From: an uncultured delta proteobacterium
GTDB lineage: Bacteria > Desulfobacterota > Binatia > Bin18
Assembly (NCBI GenBank): GCA_963733195.1
Contig: CAVTCR010000062.1
Span: 64,001 to 128,000 of the forward strand
Length of the DNA: 64,000 nt
Reading direction: 5' to 3'
Position numbers and translations under genes: made by a program. This document shows, one piece after another, positions 42,720 through 52,232 of the stretch. Under the pieces are notes generated by a model. It was not told where the DNA came from. It ran no database searches and saw nothing but the letters and a program-made list of their open reading frames with translations. Numbering within the stretch: the first letter of the stretch is position 1; every line of letters starts with the position of its first letter.

Positions 42720-42859
42720 CTGACCGCAAGTATCGGTTATTTCCGGTATATCATCCTGGCCCGTTTCCGCTCGGGCTGAGCATAACGTTTGGTGTGTTTA
42801 TCGGGCCTCACCCAAGATTGCCGGTTCTGCTCTTCAACTCTGATACACTTCTGAAGCCA

Positions 42860-42960
42860 TGAATGCAGCGTACCAGTACGCGCCGCATAAGCACACGCCG
42901 AGGGTTCCCATGCCACAGCAAGCCGGACACAAGGGTGTTGGTATCAGCGACCACTCGCAC
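42860..42960 (-). pseudogene. Truncated PIN-domain toxin
   Basis: GTG 42960 overlapping the antitoxin end reads MRVVADTNTLVSGLLWHGNPRRVL, then similarity is lost. Confidence 0.75.
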
Positions 42961-43210
42961 GGGCGGCACGCCTCTCAGCACGAGCCGCCTGAATTTCTGC
43001 TTCCACTTCTGCCTCAGTCAGTGGTGGAAGCGCGGCCAAGCGATCCGCGGCTTCAAACAACTGGGTGACGCGACGACGCTGCACTTCCTCTCGGAGGAGT
43101 GCCTCTAACCCTTGCGGCGTCAATAATCCGCTCGCTTCTGCTTCTCGCGCTAATGAATCAGGTAACCTTAGCTTCAGCTCGAGCTCTACGCTGTTTTCTT
43201 CTGTCAACAT
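42944..43210 (-). CDS. Putative antitoxin of the PIN toxin
   Basis: LKLRLPDSLAREAEASGLL..LTEAEVEAEIQAAR; overlaps PIN start. Confidence 0.75.
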   Translation of the reverse strand: MLTEENSVELELKLRLPDSLAREAEASGLLTPQGLEALLREEVQRRRVTQLFEAADRLAALPPLTEAEVEAEIQAARAERRAARASGR

Positions 43211-43353
43211 ATCGATCACCCGGACCAAATATTTTCATGAGATATTTGCTACAGTATCGCAGAACCAGGGGAATAGCGACATCTTTGAAAGACAGTTAAT
43301 AGGTTCCAGCTTAGCTTTCATTATAGGTGTATCGTACTCGGTGCTCCTCACCC

Positions 43354-43491
43354 TTATCTCAACGTTTGTGGAACATCCAACTTACCCGTCACCGCCGCCG
43401 CAATCAGAGCTGCACGCCGCTCCTTCAGCAGTCCTATTGTTCTCTCTGTCGCCTTGCGCAAGTCGCCCAGGCGGGTTTCTTGCTCAAGGTA
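43354..43491 (-). pseudogene. hsdS: Remnant of type I R-M specificity subunit C-terminus
   Basis: Manual translation YLEQETRLGDLRKATERTIGLLKERRAALIAAAVTGKLDV..*. Confidence 0.75.
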
Positions 43492-43580
43492 ACATCGAAA
43501 TGTGATGCGGGAATCAAAAAGACTCATTGTTATAGCTCAGATGGTTCCTCATACTCTTAAGGAATACGCTTTGGTGATGG

Positions 43581-45180
43581 TTAAGTCTCAGCTTTTTTCT
43601 TTGCTGTACCGTGTACGGCACTTGTTGTCCGAAGATCAATTATTTCGAAAGTATTGGGATCGAAGGAGAAGTGTTCTTTTTGAAAATCATAGTTAGCGAT
43701 TCGTGTACGTAGAGCACTCATAATTTCGCGCCAAAAAGGTCGTTCACTGCCATTGTCTGGACGATTTCTATGCTCAGACGCATACTCGGCGAGTGCTTTC
43801 CCCCATTCTTTACCTTTCAGGCTTTGTTGTCTCTTCGAAACTGTTTTGTAATTCTTTTTCAAAATCCCCCCCGTTGCGAACGCCTACCCAATCCGCATTG
43901 CGAATCAGCTCTCCCGAAAAACCTTTTCTTTCATCAATTCGAGCAGTAATTTCAATAAGCTCCTGAATTGTGAAATTGGCAAACTCAAAGTCCGGCTTGT
44001 GAGCCGCGATGAAACCAACAATATTTCCTTGCTCCACCTGTCGCCGTATTGCTTTTCGATTCGCCGGCACGTCTCGATCAAAGGAAATTATACTGAAGCG
44101 TCTGAGCGCTTTATCTTCTTTTAACCAATCTCCCAGCTTCAGTGCTATGTTATCCCGTTCAGATGCGATAACACCTTCGGAGATTGATAATCTATATTCC
44201 ACTTCTGGATGGTTCTGAAAGTAAACGGAGGACGGCGTGGTATTCTGTTTCACCCTCAACGTACCAACGGACAACACTTCCAGTGAAGCAGCCCAGCTAC
44301 TATCCCAGGTGATATAAGGTCTGGAATGGGGTTCATCATCAAGGGGACAATCATATCCATAAAACATCTGACAACCGCCAGGACGCCACATGCCGAAACC
44401 TTGATCCTCTTCTATCCATCGCTAAGCAAATACCTCTTCAAAGGCTCGCCTGATCACTTCTGCAAGGTGTCGAATCGAGAGAGCACCAGCGATGGTCCCC
44501 TTCAGTTTTTCACGTTGCCCCCATTTCGCAAGTCGGAGGAGTAGATACAAGTCACTATTTTTATCCATCATCGACGCTTGCCAACACAGAGATTCATGAA
44601 CTTTTTTCCAAACGGCTGGATCAAGACTTCTAACTAGCCCCAGAGCTTTTTCGCGGTATTGATCTTGCAAAACTTTATACTCGCTTTCGCTGATAAAATC
44701 TCTACGAGTCGAGTGATTCCACCAGTTATGCGCGTCCAATAGAGAGGCTCCAACAAAATTGCGAGATTCGCAATCTGATTTTCTTGCCATGCAGTCTCTT
44801 CGATCTGATCAACGTTGCGTAAGAACATCAGCTCTAAATCCATCGGTAGAAATGGCCTATCTCCCTGAGTGAAGCTAGACATTGCATTGGTGATCTGACC
44901 TGCATCAAGAACGCGAAGAAGTGGATAGAGCCGGAAGGGGTGGAACATTGGGGTATCTCTATAGTCCACGCCATCACTTGTCAGCCAACCTCGTCGGCAA
45001 AGCTCACCAGGATCCCCTGTTACCGCTCCCTGAACGTGAACTCCTCGTACGTCTCCAGAAAAACTGATAAAGCTTCCTTCAAATCTAGAATCCTATTCTG
45101 TCGAAGCCAGCTCTAAGTCCTCAGACCACTTTTCTAGATATTCGCGAAAATCTTCAATTTGCCCCTACACTTGCAAACAT
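43581..45180 (-). pseudogene. Degraded AT-rich gene with C-terminal TOPRIM-like domain
   Basis: RBS GGAGG + ATG 45180; fragments in several frames; WYVEGETE at about 44243-44266 and FDRD at about 44071-44082; in-frame stop near 44422. Confidence 0.65.
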
Positions 45181-45243
45181 CTTTATTTCCTCCGGTGCCT
45201 AGACAATTTATTTCAAATTGCGCCAGACAATAAAGACTTTATC

Positions 45244-45393
45244 CACATAAAAGACCAACTAAAACATCACCGTATTCAGATCTCTATTGACACCTACTGT
45301 AGACAAGCTGGACGGGCTGGAAAATGCAACTAGACGCAACCCAGACGCAACCAACGACTTGAACACCGTTTCCAAGCGTGACAGAAGTGCTTG
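45244..45393 (+). mobile_element. Scar of tyrosine integrase C-terminus
   Basis: Manual translation HIKDQLKHHRIQISIDTY then VDKLDGLENATRRNPDAT, resembling the QLGH.SI..T.D.Y box. Confidence 0.6.
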
Positions 45394-45426
45394 ACCAATC
45401 AACAGAAGTACGAGGAATGACGATTC

Positions 45427-46977
45427 ATGACTTGGCAACCAGAAATCGAAGCAATTGAAGCGCGCCGGCAACACGCCCTGCAAATGGGTGGAAGCGACAA
45501 AGTCGCTAAGCAACATGCCCAAGGGAAACTCACGGCACGTGAGCGTCTTGCACGACTCCTGGATGAGGGGTCTTTTACCGAACTGGGGATACTAGCCACA
45601 CATCAAAGCCAACGCCCTGAGATGCAGGGTCTATATACCGCTGCCGACGGAGTCATCATCGGCTATGGGCGGGTCGATGGACGTGACGTGATTATCGGAG
45701 CTGAGGACTTTACGGTGATGGGTGGATCGGTTGGGCAGACTGGGATCATCAAACGCGAGCGAGTCTGCGAGCTTGCCCACCAAACCAAAGTTCCGGTCAT
45801 CTGGCTGCTTGATGGTTCGGGTGCACGAGCCAACGAGTGGGTACGTGGTGGTTGGGTGGGTGGTAAACATTTTACTTTAATGTCCCATCTTTCTGGGATT
45901 GTACCTCAAATTGTTGCGGCGATGGGGCCTTGTGCGGGTGATCCTGCGCTGATGGCGCCATTGGCAGACTTCGTCGTCATGGTCAAAGGGACGAGTATGT
46001 TGGCTGCCGGCGGCCCTCCAGTGGTTGAAGCGGCGATCGGCGAGAAGGTATCAAAGGAAGAACTAGGGGGCTCGTCCATCCATTGTTATCTGAGCGGAGT
46101 CGGGGACAACGAAGCCGAGGACGATGAAGATTGCTTACGCATCATTCGTCAGTATCTCAGTTACTTTCCGACTAATGTGTACCAACTGCCGCCACGGCTC
46201 ACGCCAACTGATGATCCCGAGCGCCGTGACGAGGCGTTGTTGTCTATCGTTCCGCGCAATCGCAAGCGACCATATGACATGCTGAAAGTCATCCGCCACT
46301 TGGTTGACCAGGATTCGCTGTTTGAAATCAAGCCCTACTACGGACGGTCGGTTGTTATCTGCCTCGCACGTATGGATGGGGAGGTGGTTGGCCTGGTTGC
46401 CAATCAACCGTTGCAATTAGCGGGCATCATTGATGGTGCGGCGGCAGATAAAATGACTCACTTCATTCAACTTTGTGATGCTTTTCATATTCCGCTCATT
46501 TTCTTGTCTGATGTGCCGGGGTTTATGACGGGAAGCGTGTCCGAACGCGAAGGAACGTTACGTCGGGGCCTACGCATCGCCTATGCGATGTCGTTCGTGA
46601 CTGTTCCGAAGATTTCGGTGGTGCTGCGCAAAGCCTACGGTATGGGCGCCGTAGCGATGTGCGGTCATCAAATGGGGCAAATCCTCACGCTGGTCTGGCC
46701 GTCAGGGGAGTTCGGTGCGTTGCCGGTTGAAGGTGGAGTCAGTGCTGGACATAAGTCTGCGTTAGAAACGGCGGATGATCAAGAGGCAAAGCGACGTGGT
46801 TTTGAAGACTATTACAAACAGTTTGGTAGCCCGTTTTCAACGGCAGAGACCTTTAACTTTGACGATCTTATCGATCCACGTGATACGCGTCCGCTCATCA
46901 TTCGTGCGCTCCGAGCGGCACGCGCCGGCAATACTGCGCCGCTGGGACCGAAGACACGACACGGTATTATGCCGTAG
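45427..46977 (+). CDS. Acyl-CoA carboxylase carboxyltransferase subunit (second paralog)
   Basis: GKLTARERL, DFTVMGGS, DVPGF, LRKAYG, LIDPRDTR. Confidence 0.9.
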   Translation: MTWQPEIEAIEARRQHALQMGGSDKVAKQHAQGKLTARERLARLLDEGSFTELGILATHQSQRPEMQGLYTAADGVIIGYGRVDGRDVIIGAEDFTVMGGSVGQTGIIKRERVCELAHQTKVPVIWLLDGSGARANEWVRGGWVGGKHFTLMSHLSGIVPQIVAAMGPCAGDPALMAPLADFVVMVKGTSMLAAGGPPVVEAAIGEKVSKEELGGSSIHCYLSGVGDNEAEDDEDCLRIIRQYLSYFPTNVYQLPPRLTPTDDPERRDEALLSIVPRNRKRPYDMLKVIRHLVDQDSLFEIKPYYGRSVVICLARMDGEVVGLVANQPLQLAGIIDGAAADKMTHFIQLCDAFHIPLIFLSDVPGFMTGSVSEREGTLRRGLRIAYAMSFVTVPKISVVLRKAYGMGAVAMCGHQMGQILTLVWPSGEFGALPVEGGVSAGHKSALETADDQEAKRRGFEDYYKQFGSPFSTAETFNFDDLIDPRDTRPLIIRALRAARAGNTAPLGPKTRHGIMP

Positions 46978-47074
46978 AAGTATTCAAGACGTGAGGCTAA
47001 AGGCCGGGAAACCGTGAAACTGGAGATTGCCCACCTGGCTAATGGTTTTTGATAAACGGATACGGGAAGGTCCA

Positions 47075-47128
47075 GGTAGAACAGGCTTCCAGCCTATTAC
47101 TAACGACGGGTGAGAAGTCCGTCCCACC
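47075..47128. repeat. Degenerate REP-like inverted pair
   Basis: ggtagaacaggcttccagccta ... gacgggtgagaagtccgtcccacc. Confidence 0.55.
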
Positions 47129-47252
47129 AAGAAATCTGAATACCAATTTTGCTTGTTAACGTTTATGAAGAGAGCCTTTGGCCTATGGCACTTTACTCGC
47201 GGTGCATAATTCTTCACTGTGAGCGTGTCACTCTTCGTTGAGGGAGGGGTGT

Positions 47253-47792
47253 ATGCCACGAAAGCAAGTAAACAAGGAAAGCGTGTTGGTACTTGGTGGA
47301 GCGCGGTCCGGAAAGAGCACCTACGCCCTACAGCGAGCGCAGGCATGGACGGGAGGGCTTGTCTATGTGGCTACTGCAGAAGGTAAAGATGCAGAGATGA
47401 AAGCCCGGATTGCGACACATCGTGCTCAACGACGTGGTCGGCGCTGGATGACTGTTGAGGAGCCTATGGATGTGGTCTGGCAATTGAAAGAACTTGACGA
47501 CAGAGTTGGCGCAGTTGTACTCGACTGCGTCACTCTGTGGGTGTCGAATGCATTGTTAGCCAAACGCCGCGATGAGCTGGAGAACCAAGTTGCTGAGTTG
47601 GTTGAAGAGATCCCTTTGTTGCCCTTTCATTTCCTCGCCGTGAGTAATGAAGTCGGTCTCGGTTTGGTACCAGATAATGCATTGGGACGTGAATATCGTG
47701 ACGTGCTTGGCACCGTGAACCAGCAACTGGCACAGGCATGCAAAGAAGTGCTTTTTCTGGCTGCGGGCTTACCACTAAAACTGAAGGGATAA
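47253..47792 (+). CDS. cobU: Adenosylcobinamide kinase/guanylyltransferase
   Basis: GGARSGKS, YVATA, DCVTLWVSN, SNEVGLG. Confidence 0.95.
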   Translation: MPRKQVNKESVLVLGGARSGKSTYALQRAQAWTGGLVYVATAEGKDAEMKARIATHRAQRRGRRWMTVEEPMDVVWQLKELDDRVGAVVLDCVTLWVSNALLAKRRDELENQVAELVEEIPLLPFHFLAVSNEVGLGLVPDNALGREYRDVLGTVNQQLAQACKEVLFLAAGLPLKLKG

Positions 47793-47806
47793 ACTCCGTA
47801 TTTCTT

Positions 47807-48865
47807 ATGGGATTGCTCGACACGACGCTCGCTCAGATTCGTCCACTCAATACGTTACGTAGCGATAGCATTCAGGCCCGTCTTGATTCGCTCACTAAAC
47901 CGCGCGGCAGCCTTGGTCGGCTGGAAGAAGTCGCGCAGCGGTGTGCCCTCATTACCGGGTGCGACCGTCCGCGTGTCGATCACAAAGTGTTGATTGTTTG
48001 TTGCGGGGATCACGGCGTCTGTGATGAAGGCGTGAGTGCCTATCCGCGCGAAGTCACTGCCCAGATGGTATATAACTATTTGCGCGGCGGCGCGGCGATT
48101 ACCGTGCTCGCCCGTCAACTTGGGATTGAGTTGCAAGTAGTTGATCTTGGGATTGACCATAATTTTGCACTGGAATTGCCAGGGTTGATCCAGCGCAAGG
48201 TTGCACGTGGAACGGCGAATTTCGTTCATGGACCAGCAATGCCCCTTACGCATGCGATCCAGGCAATCGAAATCGGTGTTGCTGTAGCGACCGAAGCTGT
48301 ACGTAACGGAGCGCAACTCCTGGGTGTGGGAGAAATGGGGATTGGTAACTCTACCGCAGCTGCGGCGATCTGTGCTGCTCTGAGTGGCATTGCTCCCGAG
48401 GAGTTAACCGGCTTTGGTGCTGAGATCGATGAAGAGCGGAGACGCCGCAAGATCGAGGTGATTCAGTACGCTCTGACTCGTAACCCTCCCAATCCTGCTG
48501 ACCCGTTGAGTATTCTTGCCAGTGTCGGCGGCTACGAGATCGCCGGGATCACCGGCATCTGTTTAGCCGGTGCTGCATTGCATATTCCAGTAGTGATTGA
48601 TGGATTCATTGCTACAGCGGGCGCTTGGGTAGCATGTACGCTTCATCCGGCAGTCAAAGAGGCGTTGTTCTTTGCCCATCTTTCCTCCGAGCACGGACAT
48701 CGCCGAGTGTTGGCCGCATTGCAAGTGCAACCGCTGCTGGAGCTTGGGATGCGACTTGGTGAAGGGACTGGTGCCGCGCTGGCAATGAGCCTGGTGGATT
48801 CGGCCGTGCGTCTGTATGACGAGATGGCCACCTTCGCTGAAGCGGGAGTGGCAGATAAGAAATAG
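47807..48865 (+). CDS. cobT: Nicotinate-nucleotide--dimethylbenzimidazole phosphoribosyltransferase
   Basis: LTKPRGSLGRLE, DHGV, GEMGIGNST, MRLGEGTGA. Confidence 0.95.
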   Translation: MGLLDTTLAQIRPLNTLRSDSIQARLDSLTKPRGSLGRLEEVAQRCALITGCDRPRVDHKVLIVCCGDHGVCDEGVSAYPREVTAQMVYNYLRGGAAITVLARQLGIELQVVDLGIDHNFALELPGLIQRKVARGTANFVHGPAMPLTHAIQAIEIGVAVATEAVRNGAQLLGVGEMGIGNSTAAAAICAALSGIAPEELTGFGAEIDEERRRRKIEVIQYALTRNPPNPADPLSILASVGGYEIAGITGICLAGAALHIPVVIDGFIATAGAWVACTLHPAVKEALFFAHLSSEHGHRRVLAALQVQPLLELGMRLGEGTGAALAMSLVDSAVRLYDEMATFAEAGVADKK

Positions 48866-48987
48866 GCAAATGTCACATATCGAGTGGGACAAATGGGTAA
48901 ATGGAGAAAAGGTGAAATGAAAAGTAAAAGGGTTCTTCCGCTTTCTGACCATTTCCCCGTTCTCCCTTTTTCCCGTTTCCTCCTATT

Positions 48988-49662
48988 GTGAAGACGACAG
49001 AGGCAGCGGTGGAAACTTCTTGGGTCACAAGTGTCCGTGAAAACACTCTCATTGTGACATTTCCTGAGCGCTATCACGTGTTAAGTTGGGCACCGTTGGG
49101 TGGTGGCTTAGTCGAGGCCCACACCATCCTCAATCACCAAGTGAGTATCAACGAGCACTCGACACCAGAACCGAGAACGCATCTGAGTAGTCTCGCCGAG
49201 CGATTGGCAGTTCCGTTCCCGGTGGTGGGTCTCATGACCGGCGTGTTGATGAAACGGCTTGTACAGCGGACCGTGCAACATGCGGCTACCTTGATTGAGT
49301 GCTTTGCCACTGTAGGGCTCAGCAATGCACTTGCTGCTGGAGATCTTACGACCTATGAGGAACAGCTTGGTACGATCAATCTAATTGTTGTGCTCAGCCA
49401 GCCGCTGACGCTTCCTGCCATGATAGAAGCCGTGCAAATCGTGACTGAAGCAAAGGTCAGCGCTTTAGTGACGGCAGAGATCAGAAGTACCGTATCGAAT
49501 ACACTTGCTACTGGAACTGGAACTGATTGTGTGGCGATTGCGTGCCCGACTGCCGGGGCTATGTACCGCTATTGCGGGAAACACACGAAGTTAGGGGAGC
49601 TGATCGGGCAAGTAGTGTCGAATGCCGTAAGAGAAGGTATTCAAAAGGCGATCCCAACGTAG
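48988..49662 (+). CDS. cbiZ: Adenosylcobinamide amidohydrolase
   Basis: VGLMTG, TVGLSNA, GTINL, TEAK, ATGTGTDC. Confidence 0.9.
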   Translation: MKTTEAAVETSWVTSVRENTLIVTFPERYHVLSWAPLGGGLVEAHTILNHQVSINEHSTPEPRTHLSSLAERLAVPFPVVGLMTGVLMKRLVQRTVQHAATLIECFATVGLSNALAAGDLTTYEEQLGTINLIVVLSQPLTLPAMIEAVQIVTEAKVSALVTAEIRSTVSNTLATGTGTDCVAIACPTAGAMYRYCGKHTKLGELIGQVVSNAVREGIQKAIPT

Positions 49663-49667
49663 CGGCT

Positions 49668-50630
49668 ATGGATCACCTCACCTTACTCGTCCTTGCGTTT
49701 GCCCTTGATGCAGCTCTTGGTGATCCACCATGGCTACCACATCCCATACGTCTGATCGGTAAAGCGATTGAGTATGGAGAAGCTCGACTTCGACAAACGA
49801 CGTTGCCCTTCAGGTCAGACTTTCAGCGTGGCGCCATGTTGGTTATGATTGTTGTTCTCTGCACGTATCTTCTGACGGTCTGGTTGCTCTATTTTTTGAC
49901 CTTGTGGTCCTGGTGGATCGGAATCGGTATTACGATTTTACTTGGGTCGCTCTGCCTGGCGCGTCGCAACCTCAAGGAGCATGCGCAGGAAGTGTTACAG
50001 CCTCTAACGAGTGGTGACCTCGCGAGTGCACGCTCAAGGCTTGCGCGCATGGTGAGTCGTGAGACCTCTAGGCTATCGGAATCAGAGGTTATTCGTGGAA
50101 CTGTCGAGTCGGTTGCAGAGAATAGTTCCGATGGCGTCATTGCGCCGCTCTTCTACATGGCGATCGGAGGTGTTCCGCTGGCCATGGCCTACAAGGCTAT
50201 CAATACATTGGATTCGATGATCGGCTACCGCACCGAACGATATGAGCAGTTCGGCAAGGTCGCTGCGCACCTCGACGATGTGGCGAACTATATTCCCGCC
50301 CGACTGAGTGCGCTTGCTCTTATTGGTGCAGCAGGGATCGGCCGTTGGTTCGGGTGTCCGTATGATGAAAAAGAAGCCTGGCGAATTACCTGGCGTGATA
50401 GTCACAAGCACGAGAGCCTGAATGCTGGCTATCCCGAAGCGGCGATGGCAGGAGCGTTGGGAGTTCAACTCGGTGGGCCGAGCCACTACTTTGGCGAACG
50501 TGTCGAGAAATCAACCCTAGGAGATGCACGCCACCCGCTCTGTCCTGAACACATTTCCCAGGGACTCATGTTGCTTGACCTCGCCAGTGCACTAGTGCTG
50601 GCGCTCTGTGTAATTATCATGGCACTGTGA
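49668..50630 (+). CDS. cbiB: Adenosylcobinamide-phosphate synthase
   Basis: GDP..HP, ESVAENSSDG, YKAINTLDSMIGY, NAGYPEAAMAGAL. Confidence 0.95.
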   Translation: MDHLTLLVLAFALDAALGDPPWLPHPIRLIGKAIEYGEARLRQTTLPFRSDFQRGAMLVMIVVLCTYLLTVWLLYFLTLWSWWIGIGITILLGSLCLARRNLKEHAQEVLQPLTSGDLASARSRLARMVSRETSRLSESEVIRGTVESVAENSSDGVIAPLFYMAIGGVPLAMAYKAINTLDSMIGYRTERYEQFGKVAAHLDDVANYIPARLSALALIGAAGIGRWFGCPYDEKEAWRITWRDSHKHESLNAGYPEAAMAGALGVQLGGPSHYFGERVEKSTLGDARHPLCPEHISQGLMLLDLASALVLALCVIIMAL

Positions 50631-50693
50631 GTGTAAGTCGTGAGCCGTAAAAATACTGACGTTAGACACCAGACGCCGGACTCTAGACTGTCT

Positions 50694-51776
50694 ATGCATG
50701 GTGGTAATGTGTATGCCTTCGCCCAGGCACGAGGAGTGCAGCCAGAACAGGTGCTTGATTTCAGTGCGAGCATCAATCCGTTAGGCTGGTCACGTGGAGT
50801 TGCCGCAGCCTATCGTCGCGCGCTCAACCGAGTCGTTCACTATCCTGAGCTGTATGCAGAAACGCTGACGACCGAACTTGCTCAGTATCACGGTCTTGAT
50901 CCTGCTGCGATCTTAGTAGGAAATGGCTCGACACAATTGATATACCTTCTTGCGCGTGTCATTGCTCCGCGGCAGGTGCTAGTGGTTGCCCCCTTGTTTA
51001 GCGAACACGAGACCGCGTTCCGGCTCGCTGGGACGCAGGTAACGCGATTCTTTCTGCGACCACCGACGTTCGCTCTTGCTATAGACAAACTTCAGAGCGC
51101 TCTCACTGCTGGTTACGACGCCCTTGTCCTTACCAATCCGAACAGCCCGACGGGTGCATTGATTCCTCGTACGGCGATGACGGAAATTGCTCGCCTATGT
51201 CGTCAATTACGAGTGCAACTGGTCGTCGATGAAACCTTCGTTGATTGGGTCGAAGAAGAGTCACTGAAATATCTTGCTACTCAGAATACGTCAGTTATTG
51301 TACTCCGGTCATTGACGAAATTTTTTGCTATACCGGGCCTCCGGGTCGGCTACGTTATCGCGCATCCCACTCTCATCTCGCGATTGCGCAAATATATAGA
51401 ACCGTGGTCGGTGAACTCTGTTGCCCAAGAGATGGCAATCCCCTGTGTCCGTGACCAAAGCTTTATCGAACGCAGCCGGACGTTCATCGCGCGCGAACGA
51501 ACGTGGTTGGCCAATCGGCTGATGGCTATTCCTGGGTTGCGGGTGTTTCCTTCAGTAGCGAATTTCCTCCTGCTGCGCGTCACCGCCAGAGGCCTTGATG
51601 CGAGAACCTTTCGTCAGCGTGGAGAAGAAGCGCTGATCCTGGTTCGCGAGTGTAGTAATTTTGCCGGTCTCGGGAAACAGTTTTTCCGGGTTGCGATACG
51701 GACGCGCCGAGAGCATCAGCAACTCCTCGCTCTCTGTGAAGCAGTGTTCAGCAAAGGCGAGGAAAAGCGTCACTGA
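50694..51776 (+). CDS. cobD: L-threonine-O-3-phosphate decarboxylase
   Basis: HGGN, DFSASINPLG, NPNSPTG, RSLTKFFAIPGLRVGY. Confidence 0.92.
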   Translation: MHGGNVYAFAQARGVQPEQVLDFSASINPLGWSRGVAAAYRRALNRVVHYPELYAETLTTELAQYHGLDPAAILVGNGSTQLIYLLARVIAPRQVLVVAPLFSEHETAFRLAGTQVTRFFLRPPTFALAIDKLQSALTAGYDALVLTNPNSPTGALIPRTAMTEIARLCRQLRVQLVVDETFVDWVEEESLKYLATQNTSVIVLRSLTKFFAIPGLRVGYVIAHPTLISRLRKYIEPWSVNSVAQEMAIPCVRDQSFIERSRTFIARERTWLANRLMAIPGLRVFPSVANFLLLRVTARGLDARTFRQRGEEALILVRECSNFAGLGKQFFRVAIRTRREHQQLLALCEAVFSKGEEKRH

Positions 51777-51781
51777 AACGA

Positions 51782-52063
51782 TTAGCGGTGGCGGAAGGTG
51801 ATCCGCCCGCGGTCAAGATCGTAGGGCGAGAGCTGTACGGTGACGGTATCCCCTTGGATAATCTTGATAAAGAACTTGCGCATCTTTCCGGCAACATGGG
51901 CGAGGACGAGATGGTTGTTGTCGAGTCGAACCCGAAAGAAGGCATTCGGCAGTACTTCCACGATCTTCCCAGAGAGCTCAATAGAATCAGCTCGCTCTGT
52001 CCTTGGTGGTCGAGGGGTAGTGGTTCGTTTCGAACCACTACGCTGCGGGCGTGCATTTCTCAT
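51782..52063 (-). CDS. infA: Translation initiation factor IF-1 with basic N-terminal extension
   Basis: [38 protein letters not shown]; RBS GGAGG. Confidence 0.95.
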   Translation of the reverse strand: MRNARPQRSGSKRTTTPRPPRTERADSIELSGKIVEVLPNAFFRVRLDNNHLVLAHVAGKMRKFFIKIIQGDTVTVQLSPYDLDRGRITFRHR

Positions 52064-52075
52064 GCGGAACCTCCA

Positions 52076-52119
52076 GAAAACAAAAAGGCCCTAGAACCTG
52101 TGAGAAGGTTCCGGGGCCT
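52076..52119 (-). terminator. Intrinsic-terminator-like hairpin in the infA leader
   Basis: Minus strand AGGCCCCGGAACCT-tctcac-AGGTTCTAGGGCCT followed by TTTTGTTTTC, just before the infA RBS. Confidence 0.75.
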
Positions 52120-52232
52120 CGTTTCTTCTGAACCACCTCAATGTAACAAACGGAGTAAACCGAACAACGAAAGTCTCTCAACCCTAGCAGGGGGGCCTTT
52201 CTCTCGCAAGCAAGGGTAGAGACCCACGGTAG

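Noticed and set aside
42760-42800. Half attC-like sequence (minus strand ccaaacgttatgctcagcccgagc)
   Set aside because: No matching complementary arm or GTTRRRY end, and no integron integrase
45300-45426. tRNA or att site next to the integrase scar
   Set aside because: No cloverleaf, T-loop GTTCGA or CCA end visible; no matching direct repeat found at the other island end
46985-47130. Possible cobalamin riboswitch upstream of cobU (gggaaaccgtgaaac..., gggaag)
   Set aside because: Core elements (GCCCCCGCAACTGT-like segment, B12 box) are not recognisable and part of the region is a REP-like pair; an Rfam scan would be decisive
51788-52219. 143-aa ORF antisense to infA, and the many other short antisense or alternative-frame ORFs in the track
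   Set aside because: Shadows of well-supported genes with no motifs or RBS
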